DNA of 64,000 bases from a virus (IMGVR_UViG_3300028388_003135:91-64090); one strand, 5' to 3'; positions 47,512 through 58,146 are shown, counted from the stretch's first letter. The notes: generated from the letters alone by a model not told the origin. Numbers and translations are program-made.

Positions 47512-48732
47512 ATGGCTACTAGAACCTGGACAGGCGCGGCCCGAAACATTGCACAAGTCGCTACATCGAGCGGTACGTGGGCTACTGGAACCTATACCTA
47601 CACGATCAACGGCAAAGACGTTTCCTATGTCGCTACGTCGAGCGGCGCGGCAAATGTGATTCCCGGCATCGCAGCAGCGATCGAAGCGGCTGCGATCCCA
47701 GAGTTCTCTGAGCTCACGCTAACGCAAGATACTGTTGGCGGTACGTTGACGTTCACGGCGGCCACAGCAGGCAAGCCGTTCGTTATGACTACGTCGGGTC
47801 CGGCGGGATTCACTCACACCGCGACAACAGCTAGCACCGGCGCAGAGTATTTCGACAATGCTGACAACTGGGCAGAGGGCGCTGTTCCGATCACCGGTGA
47901 CGATATTGTATTTGCGGACTCAGCGATTTCGTGTCGATACGCTTTAGATCAGACTGGCGTCGATCCAGACTCTTGCACAGTACGGGCGACCTTCACTGGT
48001 GAAATCGGTTTGCCGCCTACAAACACTAGCAATTATCCCGAGTACCGCGACCGGTATCTCAAATTCGGCGGCGGTGCAGCAATCACGCTAACTGTTGGTG
48101 GCGGGCAGGGTAATCAATCAAGCCTGATTCTTATCGACACCAACGGGGCGGACACCACGCTACAACTCTATGGTTCGGGCTCAGCACAGAACACGCCCTA
48201 CCCATTCAACCTGAAAGGCACTGGCGCGGGCTCCGATCTCTCCTGCTACGGCGGCTCAGGCTTGTTCGAGTCCTGTACCGCAGACAACTTCTTCGCGACT
48301 CCTTTCGAGGCTGGCGGCGATGTTTATGAGCTCGATAGCAACTGCTCGATAGCAACGTTGCGGTCGACCAGCGCAGCGAACGTTCGCTTATACGGCGCAA
48401 TAACTACGCTGCTCGAAGCGTTAGGCGGTTCGCAAGTTACAACGTTCGGAGCAGCTGCGGCTCCAACTGTTCGAACCGCTACAGGCGGTCGCATACTTTG
48501 GGCGTCTACCGGAGGCATCTCAACGCATCTCTATTGTGAACACCAAGGGTTCATAAGCTTCAACGAGGATGCGAGTGCTAAAACGGTCGCAAACGCCACC
48601 ATGTACGCTGGCAGCGAATTGCTTGATCCGCTGGGCGTGGTAACCTTTACCAACCCAATTAACCTGACGGGTTGTTCGCTTGCCGACGTAACTCTTGACG
48701 TAGGACGGAACCGAACGCTCGCCATAGCATAG
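47512..48732 (+). CDS. Tail/virion structural protein
   Basis: Thr/Gly/Ala-rich; NW..GAVP..GDD. Confidence 0.6.
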   Translation: MATRTWTGAARNIAQVATSSGTWATGTYTYTINGKDVSYVATSSGAANVIPGIAAAIEAAAIPEFSELTLTQDTVGGTLTFTAATAGKPFVMTTSGPAGFTHTATTASTGAEYFDNADNWAEGAVPITGDDIVFADSAISCRYALDQTGVDPDSCTVRATFTGEIGLPPTNTSNYPEYRDRYLKFGGGAAITLTVGGGQGNQSSLILIDTNGADTTLQLYGSGSAQNTPYPFNLKGTGAGSDLSCYGGSGLFESCTADNFFATPFEAGGDVYELDSNCSIATLRSTSAANVRLYGAITTLLEALGGSQVTTFGAAAAPTVRTATGGRILWASTGGISTHLYCEHQGFISFNEDASAKTVANATMYAGSELLDPLGVVTFTNPINLTGCSLADVTLDVGRNRTLAIA

Positions 48733-48744
48733 GCAAACGTTTGG

Positions 48745-50550
48745 ATGACTAAGCACTGTCAGTTCTATTTCGCGGGAATCCCCTCTGAAGCCGGAACGTT
48801 CCCGCTGCAAGCAGGCGTCGAGCCGTCGACGGGGCAACTATCGTTCACAATCAGCAACGGCTCACGACTGCCGCAAATCGGCGACGTAACAATTACCGAT
48901 GGTGCTGGGTCGGCGCGGGTGTTCAGGAACTGCCGAATCGTGCGGTCAATCCGCTCAACCGGCACAAGTGGCCAAATGTACGAGGTCACGTTTGTTGATC
49001 GTCGTTGGCTATGGGCTAGCGATCATTACGCAGTGTCGGGCGAATATAACCGCAACGAAACTGACTACCCGAACAACAGGACCCCTCGGCAGCTGGCAGT
49101 CATCTTGGCGCAGTTCATGGGCGAGTCTGGGTTCGATGTGTCGGCGTTCCCACATGCGGTAGCGTTCCGGACACCTAAGACCAAGCAGCTGCGAATCAAG
49201 TTCTTTCAAGGTCCACTGAAGAAGTGGGATGCAGACAATCCAGCCTCTGAGCTCGATACGCTCTGCCAAGAGTATGGGATGATTCCTAGCCTCTCAACGT
49301 CCGACCGCCTGGTTGTCCATCCAATCGGTTCCGGTCGCCAACCGTTCAGCGACCAACGGCTAATCGAAAACACCAACGGCATCGAGCCGCCGGTGATACC
49401 GCGATCGCTCGTCTTCGAGGGTGGTCAAACGTCGATCCAACACGATTTAAAGCTGGTTCCGGTTGGCAAAGAGGTTACTGGCGATAAAGCTGGGCAGTTT
49501 ATCGACATCGACGACTTGAGCTATAAGCCTTCAATTGGCTGGGAGCGAGATGACCCTAATACGTTCTTGACTGTTCTCAGAGAACACGGTCGACGAGCAC
49601 AGCGATTAGCTCAGGAGCACATCTGGACGCTATATGCGGTTGGCGATGGATTCCAGCTACCGTTGCCGCCGTTTGTTCTTGCAAACAAGAATAAGAAAGG
49701 CGGACTCACTACGCAGCAGGTTCAGCAGATCAAACAGGATTTCAAGATCAACGCAGGCACATCGAAAGTGCAAAGCGAACGGTGGAGGATCCTGCCAGTT
49801 AACGCTCAACAGAACTTCACCTACCAGCAAGAGCCAGCAGAAGTCATTGGTTACTTCAACCTTGCGAACTCGACGCAAAGGAACGTGACCAACATAGCGG
49901 ATTACGCTAGTTTGCCAGCCGACGCAACCAACTACGACAAGTTGATCGCGACGATGCCGCTGCCGGATAACAGCAAGTTACACTACACAGATGGGTTTAC
50001 GCTGAATCAAACGTTTGGATTCGTGAAGTTCAATAGGCCGGTTTACTTCGTCGAGCAGGGGGTTGGTCTTCGTCCAGCCGTGATACGCTTGCGGACCAGC
50101 TTCCCTTTGAGGTTCCGCGATACTGCGGCAGTGCTGTGTCAGCAGTTCTGGCAGAGCCCTGGCAGTCCGCAGGCCGTTAATGTGGCGACGATGGTAAAGC
50201 GGTCGGATATCTGGTATGAATATGACACGCAGGGGAACAATAATCAGACTGAGTTCACCGCTGCCGCATTCGACTCCCTGCTATCAAGGCTGAACCAATA
50301 CAAGATCGGTGTAGGAGTTAGCCAAACATTCAGAGGCTTTGCGTTCGACTACATGCCAGACGGAATTGTAAGAACGGTAACGTTTGCAAAGGCATATCAA
50401 GGAGGAGGAACCACCTCGGTCGATTTCAATATGGAACGACCGGACCTCTACACAACATTAGCAGAGATCCGCAACCGGAGGGCCTTAAGCTATCAGGCCC
50501 GCAAGGTACTGGAAGATCAGCGAAAACGGGCACGTGGACTACTTCGATAG
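48745..50550 (+). CDS. Tail hub/baseplate-like protein
   Basis: DRRW.W, SGEYN, L....GE...DVS; position. Confidence 0.55.
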   Translation: MTKHCQFYFAGIPSEAGTFPLQAGVEPSTGQLSFTISNGSRLPQIGDVTITDGAGSARVFRNCRIVRSIRSTGTSGQMYEVTFVDRRWLWASDHYAVSGEYNRNETDYPNNRTPRQLAVILAQFMGESGFDVSAFPHAVAFRTPKTKQLRIKFFQGPLKKWDADNPASELDTLCQEYGMIPSLSTSDRLVVHPIGSGRQPFSDQRLIENTNGIEPPVIPRSLVFEGGQTSIQHDLKLVPVGKEVTGDKAGQFIDIDDLSYKPSIGWERDDPNTFLTVLREHGRRAQRLAQEHIWTLYAVGDGFQLPLPPFVLANKNKKGGLTTQQVQQIKQDFKINAGTSKVQSERWRILPVNAQQNFTYQQEPAEVIGYFNLANSTQRNVTNIADYASLPADATNYDKLIATMPLPDNSKLHYTDGFTLNQTFGFVKFNRPVYFVEQGVGLRPAVIRLRTSFPLRFRDTAAVLCQQFWQSPGSPQAVNVATMVKRSDIWYEYDTQGNNNQTEFTAAAFDSLLSRLNQYKIGVGVSQTFRGFAFDYMPDGIVRTVTFAKAYQGGGTTSVDFNMERPDLYTTLAEIRNRRALSYQARKVLEDQRKRARGLLR

Positions 50551-50564
50551 CAAAGACCGACAAG

Positions 50565-50930
50565 GTGGAGCAAATGGCCAAGAGCAAAACAACGCAAATT
50601 CTAAGAGTTCGATGCCGCATCAACAACGCGCTAAATCGATGGGAAGTATTGTCGTCAGCAAACGATACTGACCTGGACTTAGACGCTGGCTGGTTCATCC
50701 CTCGGTCTGTGACTGAGGTTGATTTAGTTGTTTCGCGGCAGGTGCCAGAGGCAGAGTACTACAAAACCCACTATCTGGTTTTACTCGAAGACAGCGGGGA
50801 GATTCCAGCAACGGGCGACCTTCTCCCAGCGTCTTGTGTAGAGGCGATAAGCAAACGTTTGGATGCTTTGCTTGGTCGCAAGCTCAATGGCCCGGCGGCG
50901 GAAGTTCTTTGTATACAGGTCGAGTACTAG
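50565..50930 (+). CDS. Hypothetical protein
   Basis: ORF between tail genes. Confidence 0.5.
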   Translation: MEQMAKSKTTQILRVRCRINNALNRWEVLSSANDTDLDLDAGWFIPRSVTEVDLVVSRQVPEAEYYKTHYLVLLEDSGEIPATGDLLPASCVEAISKRLDALLGRKLNGPAAEVLCIQVEY

Positions 50931-50933
50931 CAG

Positions 50934-51974
50934 ATGTCGCGCAATTGGGATGCAAACCCTAAGCAGTTTTGGCTGAACGACCTTAGCGAGGACGTTCCCC
51001 CGTTTGCGTGTCTTGAGCTCAAGGTAGCGTCCAATACAGCGACCGAAGTTGTCGAGGACGAAGAACTGCAATGGAACGTCAAGAAGCCCACAGCGGATGC
51101 CACAGCAAACACGGTCGTCTTTAATGGGCCATTGGAAGTGGTGGACGAGGCTAGCGGCGAGATGCAAGTCGTCCACCTTAAAAGATGCTTGGTCGATACG
51201 TCCGCTAACACTCCGGAAGTGGGCGACGAGCTCGGGCCGGTCGATGGCGAATACTACCTTGGTGAGGGCAGCGGTTTCGTGTTCCAAGGGCTGGATGCTT
51301 CGGAGGCGTATGTCGACGGAGATATCAAGTCCGCGTGGGTGGTGCCTGGCGTCAGCAATGGTGTAAGGCTTGTGAAGTTGCAGGCGGACTACGACGGTAC
51401 GGCGGCGGTTCCTGCTGACTGGATTCGTCGAACCGATAAAAGCACGAGTCGCGGCGTACTAAGCGTTTGGGGCCAACCATATACTGGCGGCGACCTAATG
51501 AACGGGGCCGAAGCAGGCTACGAAACCGAAGTCGCGCGGGTAGATGGTGAGTGGATGCAGGTTCCAGGCGCTTGTATCGATACGTCGGGAGTCCAGCCGG
51601 GCACGACAGCACCGGCGGCGCAATCTTCGTTCTCCCAGCAGAACGGGACTGCATTCAGCGAAGTGTTCGATAACGACGATGCTTCTATGGATATCGCGGT
51701 GGCGTCGGTCACGAACAAGGCAACGGGCGCACTTGTTCATGCCAACGTGACCACAGCATTGACCACGCTTGGACTGTCGCAGGCGACAACGGACAAGGGA
51801 AGTGGTGCGGGGAACAATCGCCTGACGATTAGCGGTATGCTCGCCAATTTGCCGGGCACGTATATTCTGAAAATTACGTCCGTGCAAGCGAGGGCCGCTT
51901 TCAGTCCATTGTTCTCGGCCGAGTTTTCCGATGCACGAACGGCAACCACGTTCATCGAGGTAACGATAACGTGA
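50934..51974 (+). CDS. Tail-associated protein
   Basis: N.S.E..PPFAC pattern; Ig-like C-terminus. Confidence 0.5.
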   Translation: MSRNWDANPKQFWLNDLSEDVPPFACLELKVASNTATEVVEDEELQWNVKKPTADATANTVVFNGPLEVVDEASGEMQVVHLKRCLVDTSANTPEVGDELGPVDGEYYLGEGSGFVFQGLDASEAYVDGDIKSAWVVPGVSNGVRLVKLQADYDGTAAVPADWIRRTDKSTSRGVLSVWGQPYTGGDLMNGAEAGYETEVARVDGEWMQVPGACIDTSGVQPGTTAPAAQSSFSQQNGTAFSEVFDNDDASMDIAVASVTNKATGALVHANVTTALTTLGLSQATTDKGSGAGNNRLTISGMLANLPGTYILKITSVQARAAFSPLFSAEFSDARTATTFIEVTIT

Positions 51975-52807
51975 CAATCATTGGCCCAAAATGCTGCTGT
52001 GGGGGCGACCCTGGTTGTGCTTCCCCAAACAGTAATCAGTATGCATTGGATCAGTTGGGCATATCGACGCTGACAAGGTCTGGGAATGCGCAATCGATCC
52101 TGAACATGGAGGACTATGAGCCACGGCGACTAACGTGCTCGGGGTTCCCTACGCCCTTTGCATACTACGACTACTTTGGGCCCGCCGATCAGTCAGTGGA
52201 CCTCACAACCACAAACACGACCCTAGCAGAAGTTACGGTCGGGAGAACTGAAGAGAATGGTTGGTTGTACGAATTCAACGGGCCTGGCGGTCCGTATTCG
52301 TGTCAAGGTTTGGCGTTCCAAGATTACTACACAATCCACCCGGCAGTGCGGATTGCGTCATCATTAGAAATAACATGCGAAACAACTTTGCAGGGGGATA
52401 CGTTCCGCCGGTGGACGCATCGCATGTCCGTTCAGATTATCTATCTTGGACGGGGCTCTGCGTCTGCGCCCAACTTCGCGGCCTTAGGGACCAATGGGCA
52501 GTTCGTACATGATACCAGTGAATTCGGTTCGGCATGGATTTCAGGGGCACCTAACAATCAGATTCACTTTATCAGCGATGCCACTACACGAATGGCTTGG
52601 ACGTTCGGGCAGGCATTCTTGAATAACCCGCCCGCGTTCAACACAGGGAAAAGCTGCGTGGCGGTTTCGTTATCGGTAAGGCGGGGCCCATTCTTTCTTG
52701 AGGAACAAGACTATTTGCTTGACGTGCTGCCCATTGCCCCAACGGTAGCGAACAGTAGTTATCCTGACGCGTTCGGACTACTCGTCGGACAATCACAACT
52801 CAGCTAG
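51971..52807 (+). CDS. Hypothetical virion protein with N-terminal CCC motif
   Basis: GPKCCCGG; coupled GTGA. Confidence 0.5.
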   Translation: MTIIGPKCCCGGDPGCASPNSNQYALDQLGISTLTRSGNAQSILNMEDYEPRRLTCSGFPTPFAYYDYFGPADQSVDLTTTNTTLAEVTVGRTEENGWLYEFNGPGGPYSCQGLAFQDYYTIHPAVRIASSLEITCETTLQGDTFRRWTHRMSVQIIYLGRGSASAPNFAALGTNGQFVHDTSEFGSAWISGAPNNQIHFISDATTRMAWTFGQAFLNNPPAFNTGKSCVAVSLSVRRGPFFLEEQDYLLDVLPIAPTVANSSYPDAFGLLVGQSQLS

Positions 52808-52816
52808 GACTTTCAA

Positions 52817-53368
52817 ATGCCATTCCCAACACCTGTAGATGACCTCGACTCGCTGATCGAAGCGGTGGGCGACGAAACAGCATCGGGTGGAATAACGCCA
52901 ACCGAATTAGAAACGATCCTCGAAGCCCTGCGCGGGTACGGGATCGGCTATCACGATATCATCGCATCAGACGCGACGATTAACTCTACAACGCACACAA
53001 CGCAACATTCCTTCGATGCGTTTGGTCCGGCGAGCGGAACGGGCTACACAAAATTCGAAGGTCGCTGGATGATGAACGGCGATGCTACGGCGGGTTTGAT
53101 TTTGCGGATTAATGCGACCGGATGCACGGGGCGTGTTTGGGTGATATCCCCAGCAATCACGACGCAACATGCGGCGATATCGTCCGGCGTGTTCACTTCA
53201 TCCGCCCTGGTCATGGCAGGTGCAAACGACATTGTCCGATTCGGTGGCATCATCGCAAACGCTACGGCTTCTGATGTGGCGTGTACCGTGCAGGCGGCTA
53301 ACAACACCGGAACGAACTCGCAGACGCTTTACCAGAACTCCTATATGCAATCCTGGCCGTTCAGCTAG
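52817..53368 (+). CDS. Hypothetical fiber-like protein
   Basis: Beta-rich C-terminal domain. Confidence 0.5.
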   Translation: MPFPTPVDDLDSLIEAVGDETASGGITPTELETILEALRGYGIGYHDIIASDATINSTTHTTQHSFDAFGPASGTGYTKFEGRWMMNGDATAGLILRINATGCTGRVWVISPAITTQHAAISSGVFTSSALVMAGANDIVRFGGIIANATASDVACTVQAANNTGTNSQTLYQNSYMQSWPFS

Positions 53369-53429
53369 CTTGCGTCCAAACGTTTGGGCGGTCACACTGA
53401 TAGAAACTATTCTATTCAGGAGACCGACT

Positions 53430-54035
53430 GTGAAGAAACCAATTCTGATAGGGTCCGCGATCTGCGGACTCCTGCTTGTAGCTCACTGGCTGTTCAGCGG
53501 ATCGCTAGGCGACACCGTTCGGCACGCTGCCACGGACGATCCTTCGAAGCTCTCGCTCGACCCTGGTTCGCTGGCAGACAAACTTGTAAATCTGGTAATG
53601 GACATCGGCCTGACCGTTGTCCTGTTCTTGATCGGGCTGTGGACCCGCATTTGGGAGGCGGTCACCGACTTGTGGGAGGGTGCGAAAGGAGCCAAAGAGC
53701 AGGGCAAGACATCGCCGCCTCTGCCTATCCCTCCTGACAAGGTCGGTGAGGCGAGGCAGCTGCGGCAGCAACTGTTCGAGGCAGTGCTGCGAGGGGACGA
53801 CGCTGAAGCAGACAGGCTGCGACTCCTAATCGAGGAAACGTTCCCGACAGAAGCCACGGAGAGCGACTCTAACGCGACGGAGCCAGACTACGACAAGCTA
53901 GCCGAAATGGTCGCGCATCGCGTTTTGGCGCAAATCTCGCAGGCGACACACGGCAATCCTGAGGCTGGCCGTTATGACATGGTGCCACCAGTGCCCTCCG
54001 TGGATGACATAATCAACAGCGAGGTGAGCAAATGA
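53430..54035 (+). CDS. Membrane protein
   Basis: AGGAG plus GTG start; two transmembrane segments. Confidence 0.6.
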   Translation: MKKPILIGSAICGLLLVAHWLFSGSLGDTVRHAATDDPSKLSLDPGSLADKLVNLVMDIGLTVVLFLIGLWTRIWEAVTDLWEGAKGAKEQGKTSPPLPIPPDKVGEARQLRQQLFEAVLRGDDAEADRLRLLIEETFPTEATESDSNATEPDYDKLAEMVAHRVLAQISQATHGNPEAGRYDMVPPVPSVDDIINSEVSK

Positions 54036-54544
54036 GCGAGGATCCATTAGATGCGATAGCTGCACAGCAGCGCGGCTCAAATGTGGCGTCGGTTGTTCAG
54101 TCGCTGACAACTCTCATTCTCGGGTTGGCTCTTGCATTCGTTGTCCTGCGTGTGATGGATAGCAGCGGCGGCGACGGGGGCCAGCGAGATGATGATCGCT
54201 ACGAAGATCGCGATGATCGGGACAGGGATCGAGATCGCGACTCCCAAACGTTTGACTTCACTGGCAGAACAATACTGTTCATTTCAGAGAAGAAGGACGG
54301 TCCGTTAGAGCATGATCTGCTTGTCCGACAGATGCCAGAGTTCTGCAAGGACAATAGCTGTGACTTCCGTTGGTATGATGACGACGAAGAAGCGTTTGCT
54401 GAGGTCATTGCTTGGGCAAAGGAGCAGTCAGTTGCGCCACCGTTCATCTTAGTAACTGACGACAGGTTGGACCCAGACAAAGTGGTTCCCTGGCCAGACA
54501 ACGATAATCCAACGACCGACATGCTGAAAGGATTGTTCAAATGA
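54032..54544 (+). CDS. Membrane-anchored protein (thioredoxin-like fold possible)
   Basis: Transmembrane segment, D/R-rich linker, alpha/beta domain. Confidence 0.55.
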   Translation: MSEDPLDAIAAQQRGSNVASVVQSLTTLILGLALAFVVLRVMDSSGGDGGQRDDDRYEDRDDRDRDRDRDSQTFDFTGRTILFISEKKDGPLEHDLLVRQMPEFCKDNSCDFRWYDDDEEAFAEVIAWAKEQSVAPPFILVTDDRLDPDKVVPWPDNDNPTTDMLKGLFK

Positions 54545-55476
54545 GCGAGCCGTATGAATTACAACTTGACGCCTCAGATGGTGGCGGCAAAGTCAAAACA
54601 GGTCTTGTTTTGCCCGACGAGGAACAGCTGCGACTAACGACAACCGTTCGAGAGTTTCCTACGCGAATGTTGTTAGAGTGGGACCAGATCGAACGGGCGC
54701 TGCAAGGAGATTTCTACCGAGCAGAACGTCAGCGATTAGGACCGTGGATGATCAACCAAAGCTCGATTGGTAAATGCAATGCGTCGGCAGACGTTGGAGC
54801 GGTTGACCAGCTTCGAGACAACTCAGGCCAGCCGCATATCCCGCTCGCTGACAACGACCTTTATTTGCAAATGAATGGTGGGCAGGATCGCGGCTCAGCA
54901 TTGATCGAAGGGTTTCGACTGTTACAGACGCGAGGCTGTTCTTCACGTCGGTTGCAGGTTCGCGGCATGGAGAAAATCTATCCGCACCTGGCGTATCGTC
55001 CACAGCAGGTGGATCGCGACGTTTTAGAGCAGGCCAGCGTCGAGGCGCCTCGGTTCAAGGGTTGGGAGTTCTTCCGAGCGCCCGAGCGCTATGACGACTT
55101 TCGTCATGCGCTAGCGTCAGCAGCTGCTAGGCGATGGCCGGTAGTCTTCGCGTGGGCGGTTGGTCGCAACGGGTCACGGCTTCGCAACGGCTATGTTCAG
55201 GTGGACAGCAACGGCAAGGGCAACCATGCCAACGTGTTCAGTTCTGCAAAGTGGGTAGGTGGAAACGATAAAGTTCATATGGATTGCAGGAACAGTTGGG
55301 GACCGGTCCGCGACCCAATCTACGGGCCTCGCGGCGCGGGGTGGGGTGAGAACGGTTTCGGCCTGTTTACTATGGAAGATGCGTTTCAATGCAACCGATG
55401 GCACTATACCTTCATCTGCACTAGCGCTACCGCAGATCCGAACGACCCGTTTACAGCGGCTTGTCAGCGTCTGTAG
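54541..55476 (+). CDS. Papain-like (C1) cysteine peptidase
   Basis: NQSSIGKC, GNHA, NSWG...WGENGFG. Confidence 0.8.
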   Translation: MSEPYELQLDASDGGGKVKTGLVLPDEEQLRLTTTVREFPTRMLLEWDQIERALQGDFYRAERQRLGPWMINQSSIGKCNASADVGAVDQLRDNSGQPHIPLADNDLYLQMNGGQDRGSALIEGFRLLQTRGCSSRRLQVRGMEKIYPHLAYRPQQVDRDVLEQASVEAPRFKGWEFFRAPERYDDFRHALASAAARRWPVVFAWAVGRNGSRLRNGYVQVDSNGKGNHANVFSSAKWVGGNDKVHMDCRNSWGPVRDPIYGPRGAGWGENGFGLFTMEDAFQCNRWHYTFICTSATADPNDPFTAACQRL

Positions 55477-55561
55477 GGCTAGGCGAGGTTGACAGCAAGC
55501 CTCTTGGGTGAAAAGCTAAGCGTAGGTCAAACGTTTGGCACATTAACCTTGGAGGCTCATT

Positions 55562-56458
55562 ATGCTTCGTTTCGTAGCGGTCGCAGTTCCCGCGCTATTG
55601 ATCTGCGTCTTTATCAACACGGTTTCTCAGTCGCAGGTTGAGCCGAAGCTCACTGCCACGTTATCGCCAGCTGACCAGCAGCTACTCGAAGACTCTGGGC
55701 TCGCCGACGCATTGAACAAAGCGTTTCAAGAAGTCGATTCGCAGCAAGGCGAACGGTTGCGTGAGGCACAGCGAGAATTTACTAACAGCTTGGCGGAGAT
55801 CATTGCTAGGCAGGATCTTGCAGTCAGCGACAAGTTAGACGCATTGAGCGACAAGGTCGGAGACCTAGATGAACAGCTGCTAGAAGCCAATGTGAGGTTA
55901 GCGGATATCGATGCCGCGATGTCATCCTACAAAGAAAAGATTGGCGATCTCCGCACTGAGAACACGAAGCTCTCAGAGAAGCTGACGTCAGTACAAACTG
56001 ATGATTGCATAATCGATCCAACCACTGGTTTGCAAGTATGCCCTAACGGGACCATATCCGCACCAGGCACTACGACGACTAGCACTGTGGTCTACTCCTA
56101 TCCGTCTGTTAGTTCCTATCCGTCAGTTAGGAGCGTTAGCAACGGGTCGGGAGGGACGAGGTTCTACAACACGACGACAAGTGCTGGCTCGAACGGGACG
56201 ATGTTCTACAATCCAGCCTCGGGCGCGGGATCAGGTGGAACGATGTTCTATAATCCAACAGCGAGCGTGCAATCGAGCCAAGCATTCCTGATGCAGTCGC
56301 CTGGCGTGAACCTAGTATCCTACGACGGTAGCGGTGCTTCGCTTCGTATGCCTGGCGTGATGACAACGAGCAGCGGCGAGAATTGGGTCGTCTCGAGGAG
56401 CGGACGCAGGGCACGTAGATTTCGTCCCTTGTTGTTCCCTCGATTGCGAGGCTTCTAA
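55562..56458 (+). CDS. Exported coiled-coil protein with three 14-aa repeats
   Basis: Signal peptide, coiled coil, CIIDPTTGLQVC, GSxGTxFYN x3. Confidence 0.65.
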   Translation: MLRFVAVAVPALLICVFINTVSQSQVEPKLTATLSPADQQLLEDSGLADALNKAFQEVDSQQGERLREAQREFTNSLAEIIARQDLAVSDKLDALSDKVGDLDEQLLEANVRLADIDAAMSSYKEKIGDLRTENTKLSEKLTSVQTDDCIIDPTTGLQVCPNGTISAPGTTTTSTVVYSYPSVSSYPSVRSVSNGSGGTRFYNTTTSAGSNGTMFYNPASGAGSGGTMFYNPTASVQSSQAFLMQSPGVNLVSYDGSGASLRMPGVMTTSSGENWVVSRSGRRARRFRPLLFPRLRGF

Positions 56459-56461
56459 TCG

Positions 56462-56758
56462 GTGTGGTCGCTTGTAACGGATCTCAAAGGCACCATTTGG
56501 GCGTTAGTCTTCTTGGTGTTGTCGTTGTGTTGGCTTATGCGTGGCTGCGAATCCCGATGGGAAAAGCGGCGAGAGCGATGGGACCAGAGACGAGACGAGC
56601 GACGTGAACGCTGGGACGAGCGCAAACAAGATCGCCAAGACCGTCGCGACGACCGACAAGATCGCGACGGTTTCTTTCAAAGGTGGCAAGATCGCCGAGA
56701 GCGGCGACGGCTTAACATAGGCGAAGCAATTACTAACGCCGAGGGCGAATCCGGCTAG
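56462..56758 (+). CDS. Membrane protein with R/D/E-rich tail
   Basis: Transmembrane segment, GC, then charged repeats. Confidence 0.55.
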   Translation: MWSLVTDLKGTIWALVFLVLSLCWLMRGCESRWEKRRERWDQRRDERRERWDERKQDRQDRRDDRQDRDGFFQRWQDRRERRRLNIGEAITNAEGESG

Positions 56759-56788
56759 TCCTCTCCTCTCAAACGTTTGGATGACTAG

Positions 56789-57367
56789 ATGGATTGGATC
56801 CCTTTTCAGCATGCAATGAATGCGATGGACTGCTTGACTGGCCACGGTGTTGACCACCCTTGGGCAGTGTGGGCAACGGTTGCGTTTTGTATTGTGGTCT
56901 GTTTGCAGTACTTACGCATCGCTGGCCGGTGGCTAACAGCTTTCGGCCTGCCAGTGCGGTTTCGCTACCTGTTTGTGTTTCAGCGGATGAAAGGCAAGGA
57001 CGAGCTGCGCAAGTCGATAGCGTGGAAGTTATCTGGTATATTCCTGCTATGTGCGTTGTGCGGATACGGTTCCTTTGTTGCCGCAGTATGGTTCCCGTTC
57101 GCTGCGTATGTCGCTCGATTGGTTGGGCTGATGTTTCTAATTGTCGTCAATGAGATGTTCTTAATAGGAACCACTCAGACAAAGTTCAACGTCGAGGCCC
57201 GCAATCAAGCAATCGGTCAATCGATGATGGATCTTGCCGACGAGCAAGAGTTTGACATCACGACACTTGACCGTAACAACCCTGAGCATTTGCAGGCAGC
57301 GTTCACCTACTGCAAAATGACTAACCAGAGGGTCAAAGCAATTGAGGCGTTCTTCAATAACGAGTAG
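56789..57367 (+). CDS. Multi-pass membrane protein
   Basis: Three hydrophobic helices; IFLLCALCGY. Confidence 0.65.
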   Translation: MDWIPFQHAMNAMDCLTGHGVDHPWAVWATVAFCIVVCLQYLRIAGRWLTAFGLPVRFRYLFVFQRMKGKDELRKSIAWKLSGIFLLCALCGYGSFVAAVWFPFAAYVARLVGLMFLIVVNEMFLIGTTQTKFNVEARNQAIGQSMMDLADEQEFDITTLDRNNPEHLQAAFTYCKMTNQRVKAIEAFFNNE

Positions 57368-57375
57368 GAACGCAT

Positions 57376-58065
57376 GTGGAACGTACGCAGAAAATCTGGG
57401 CAGCAGTAAAAGAGGCCCACAGAAACCATAGGAAGCTGGGTTGTGCTCTTGTTGATCGAGAAGGCAAGATACTGGATTGCACTGCAGCGTTTGCGGAGCT
57501 GCTTGAACAAGACGTGTCAGAGCTTCTCCAGCTTGGAGCAACAATCTTCTCCATCGGATTCCCCGAGGACGAGCATAAGACCCGACTCAAACTTGAGTGG
57601 TTGTTTGACACCAAGTCACCAGGGCACATATCGACGATCGAGTGGTATAAAGGCGCACAAGGCCAAAGACTGCCAAGGCAGTTAGAATCGCAGGCAATCG
57701 AAGGCGCGGACGGCAACCGACACTGTTGTATTTCAATCGTCTTCGAGGTTCCTAAGACAGCAGTACAGTTCACGCAAATCCGGACGGAGCTGTCAGATGT
57801 ATCCAAACGTTTGGATGGCATCGTGAAATCACAAGAATCAACTGTCGGAGGTATTACAGTCGTGGCAGGAACTAACACACACAACCAGGCCGATCGCGGT
57901 TCGTCGATTAGCAACACGCAGAACTCGAACACGATCATCATTGTTGCGTTTCTAGCGTTAGCAGTAATTGTTGCGGTAGTGTTTGGCGCTAGGGTGTTTA
58001 TGACGCCGACTAGCGTAGAGGTAAATCAGCCGCCGGCTGTAGAAAGTCAGGACGAGGAACCATAG
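57376..58065 (+). CDS. PAS-like domain protein with C-terminal transmembrane segment
   Basis: GCALVDREGKILDCTAAFAELL....ELL...I.FPED. Confidence 0.6.
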   Translation: MERTQKIWAAVKEAHRNHRKLGCALVDREGKILDCTAAFAELLEQDVSELLQLGATIFSIGFPEDEHKTRLKLEWLFDTKSPGHISTIEWYKGAQGQRLPRQLESQAIEGADGNRHCCISIVFEVPKTAVQFTQIRTELSDVSKRLDGIVKSQESTVGGITVVAGTNTHNQADRGSSISNTQNSNTIIIVAFLALAVIVAVVFGARVFMTPTSVEVNQPPAVESQDEEP

Positions 58066-58146
58066 CGAGTGTGGACGGCAGACACCTATTCGCCTTCGGG
58101 ATGCTTTGGCCGGAAACGGCATCGGGTTCGAATCCCGACTATGGTT
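58059..58146 (+). ncRNA. Non-canonical tRNA-like element
   Basis: Acceptor ACCATAG/CTATGGT, D-stem GTGT/ACAC, T-arm TCGGG-TTCGAAT-CCCGA, long variable arm GCCG-GAAA-CGGC; atypical anticodon loop. Confidence 0.45.

Noticed and set aside
55489-55517. TTGACA promoter upstream of 55562
   Set aside because: The -35 box is perfect but the -10 is poor (AAAGCT), so support is insufficient.
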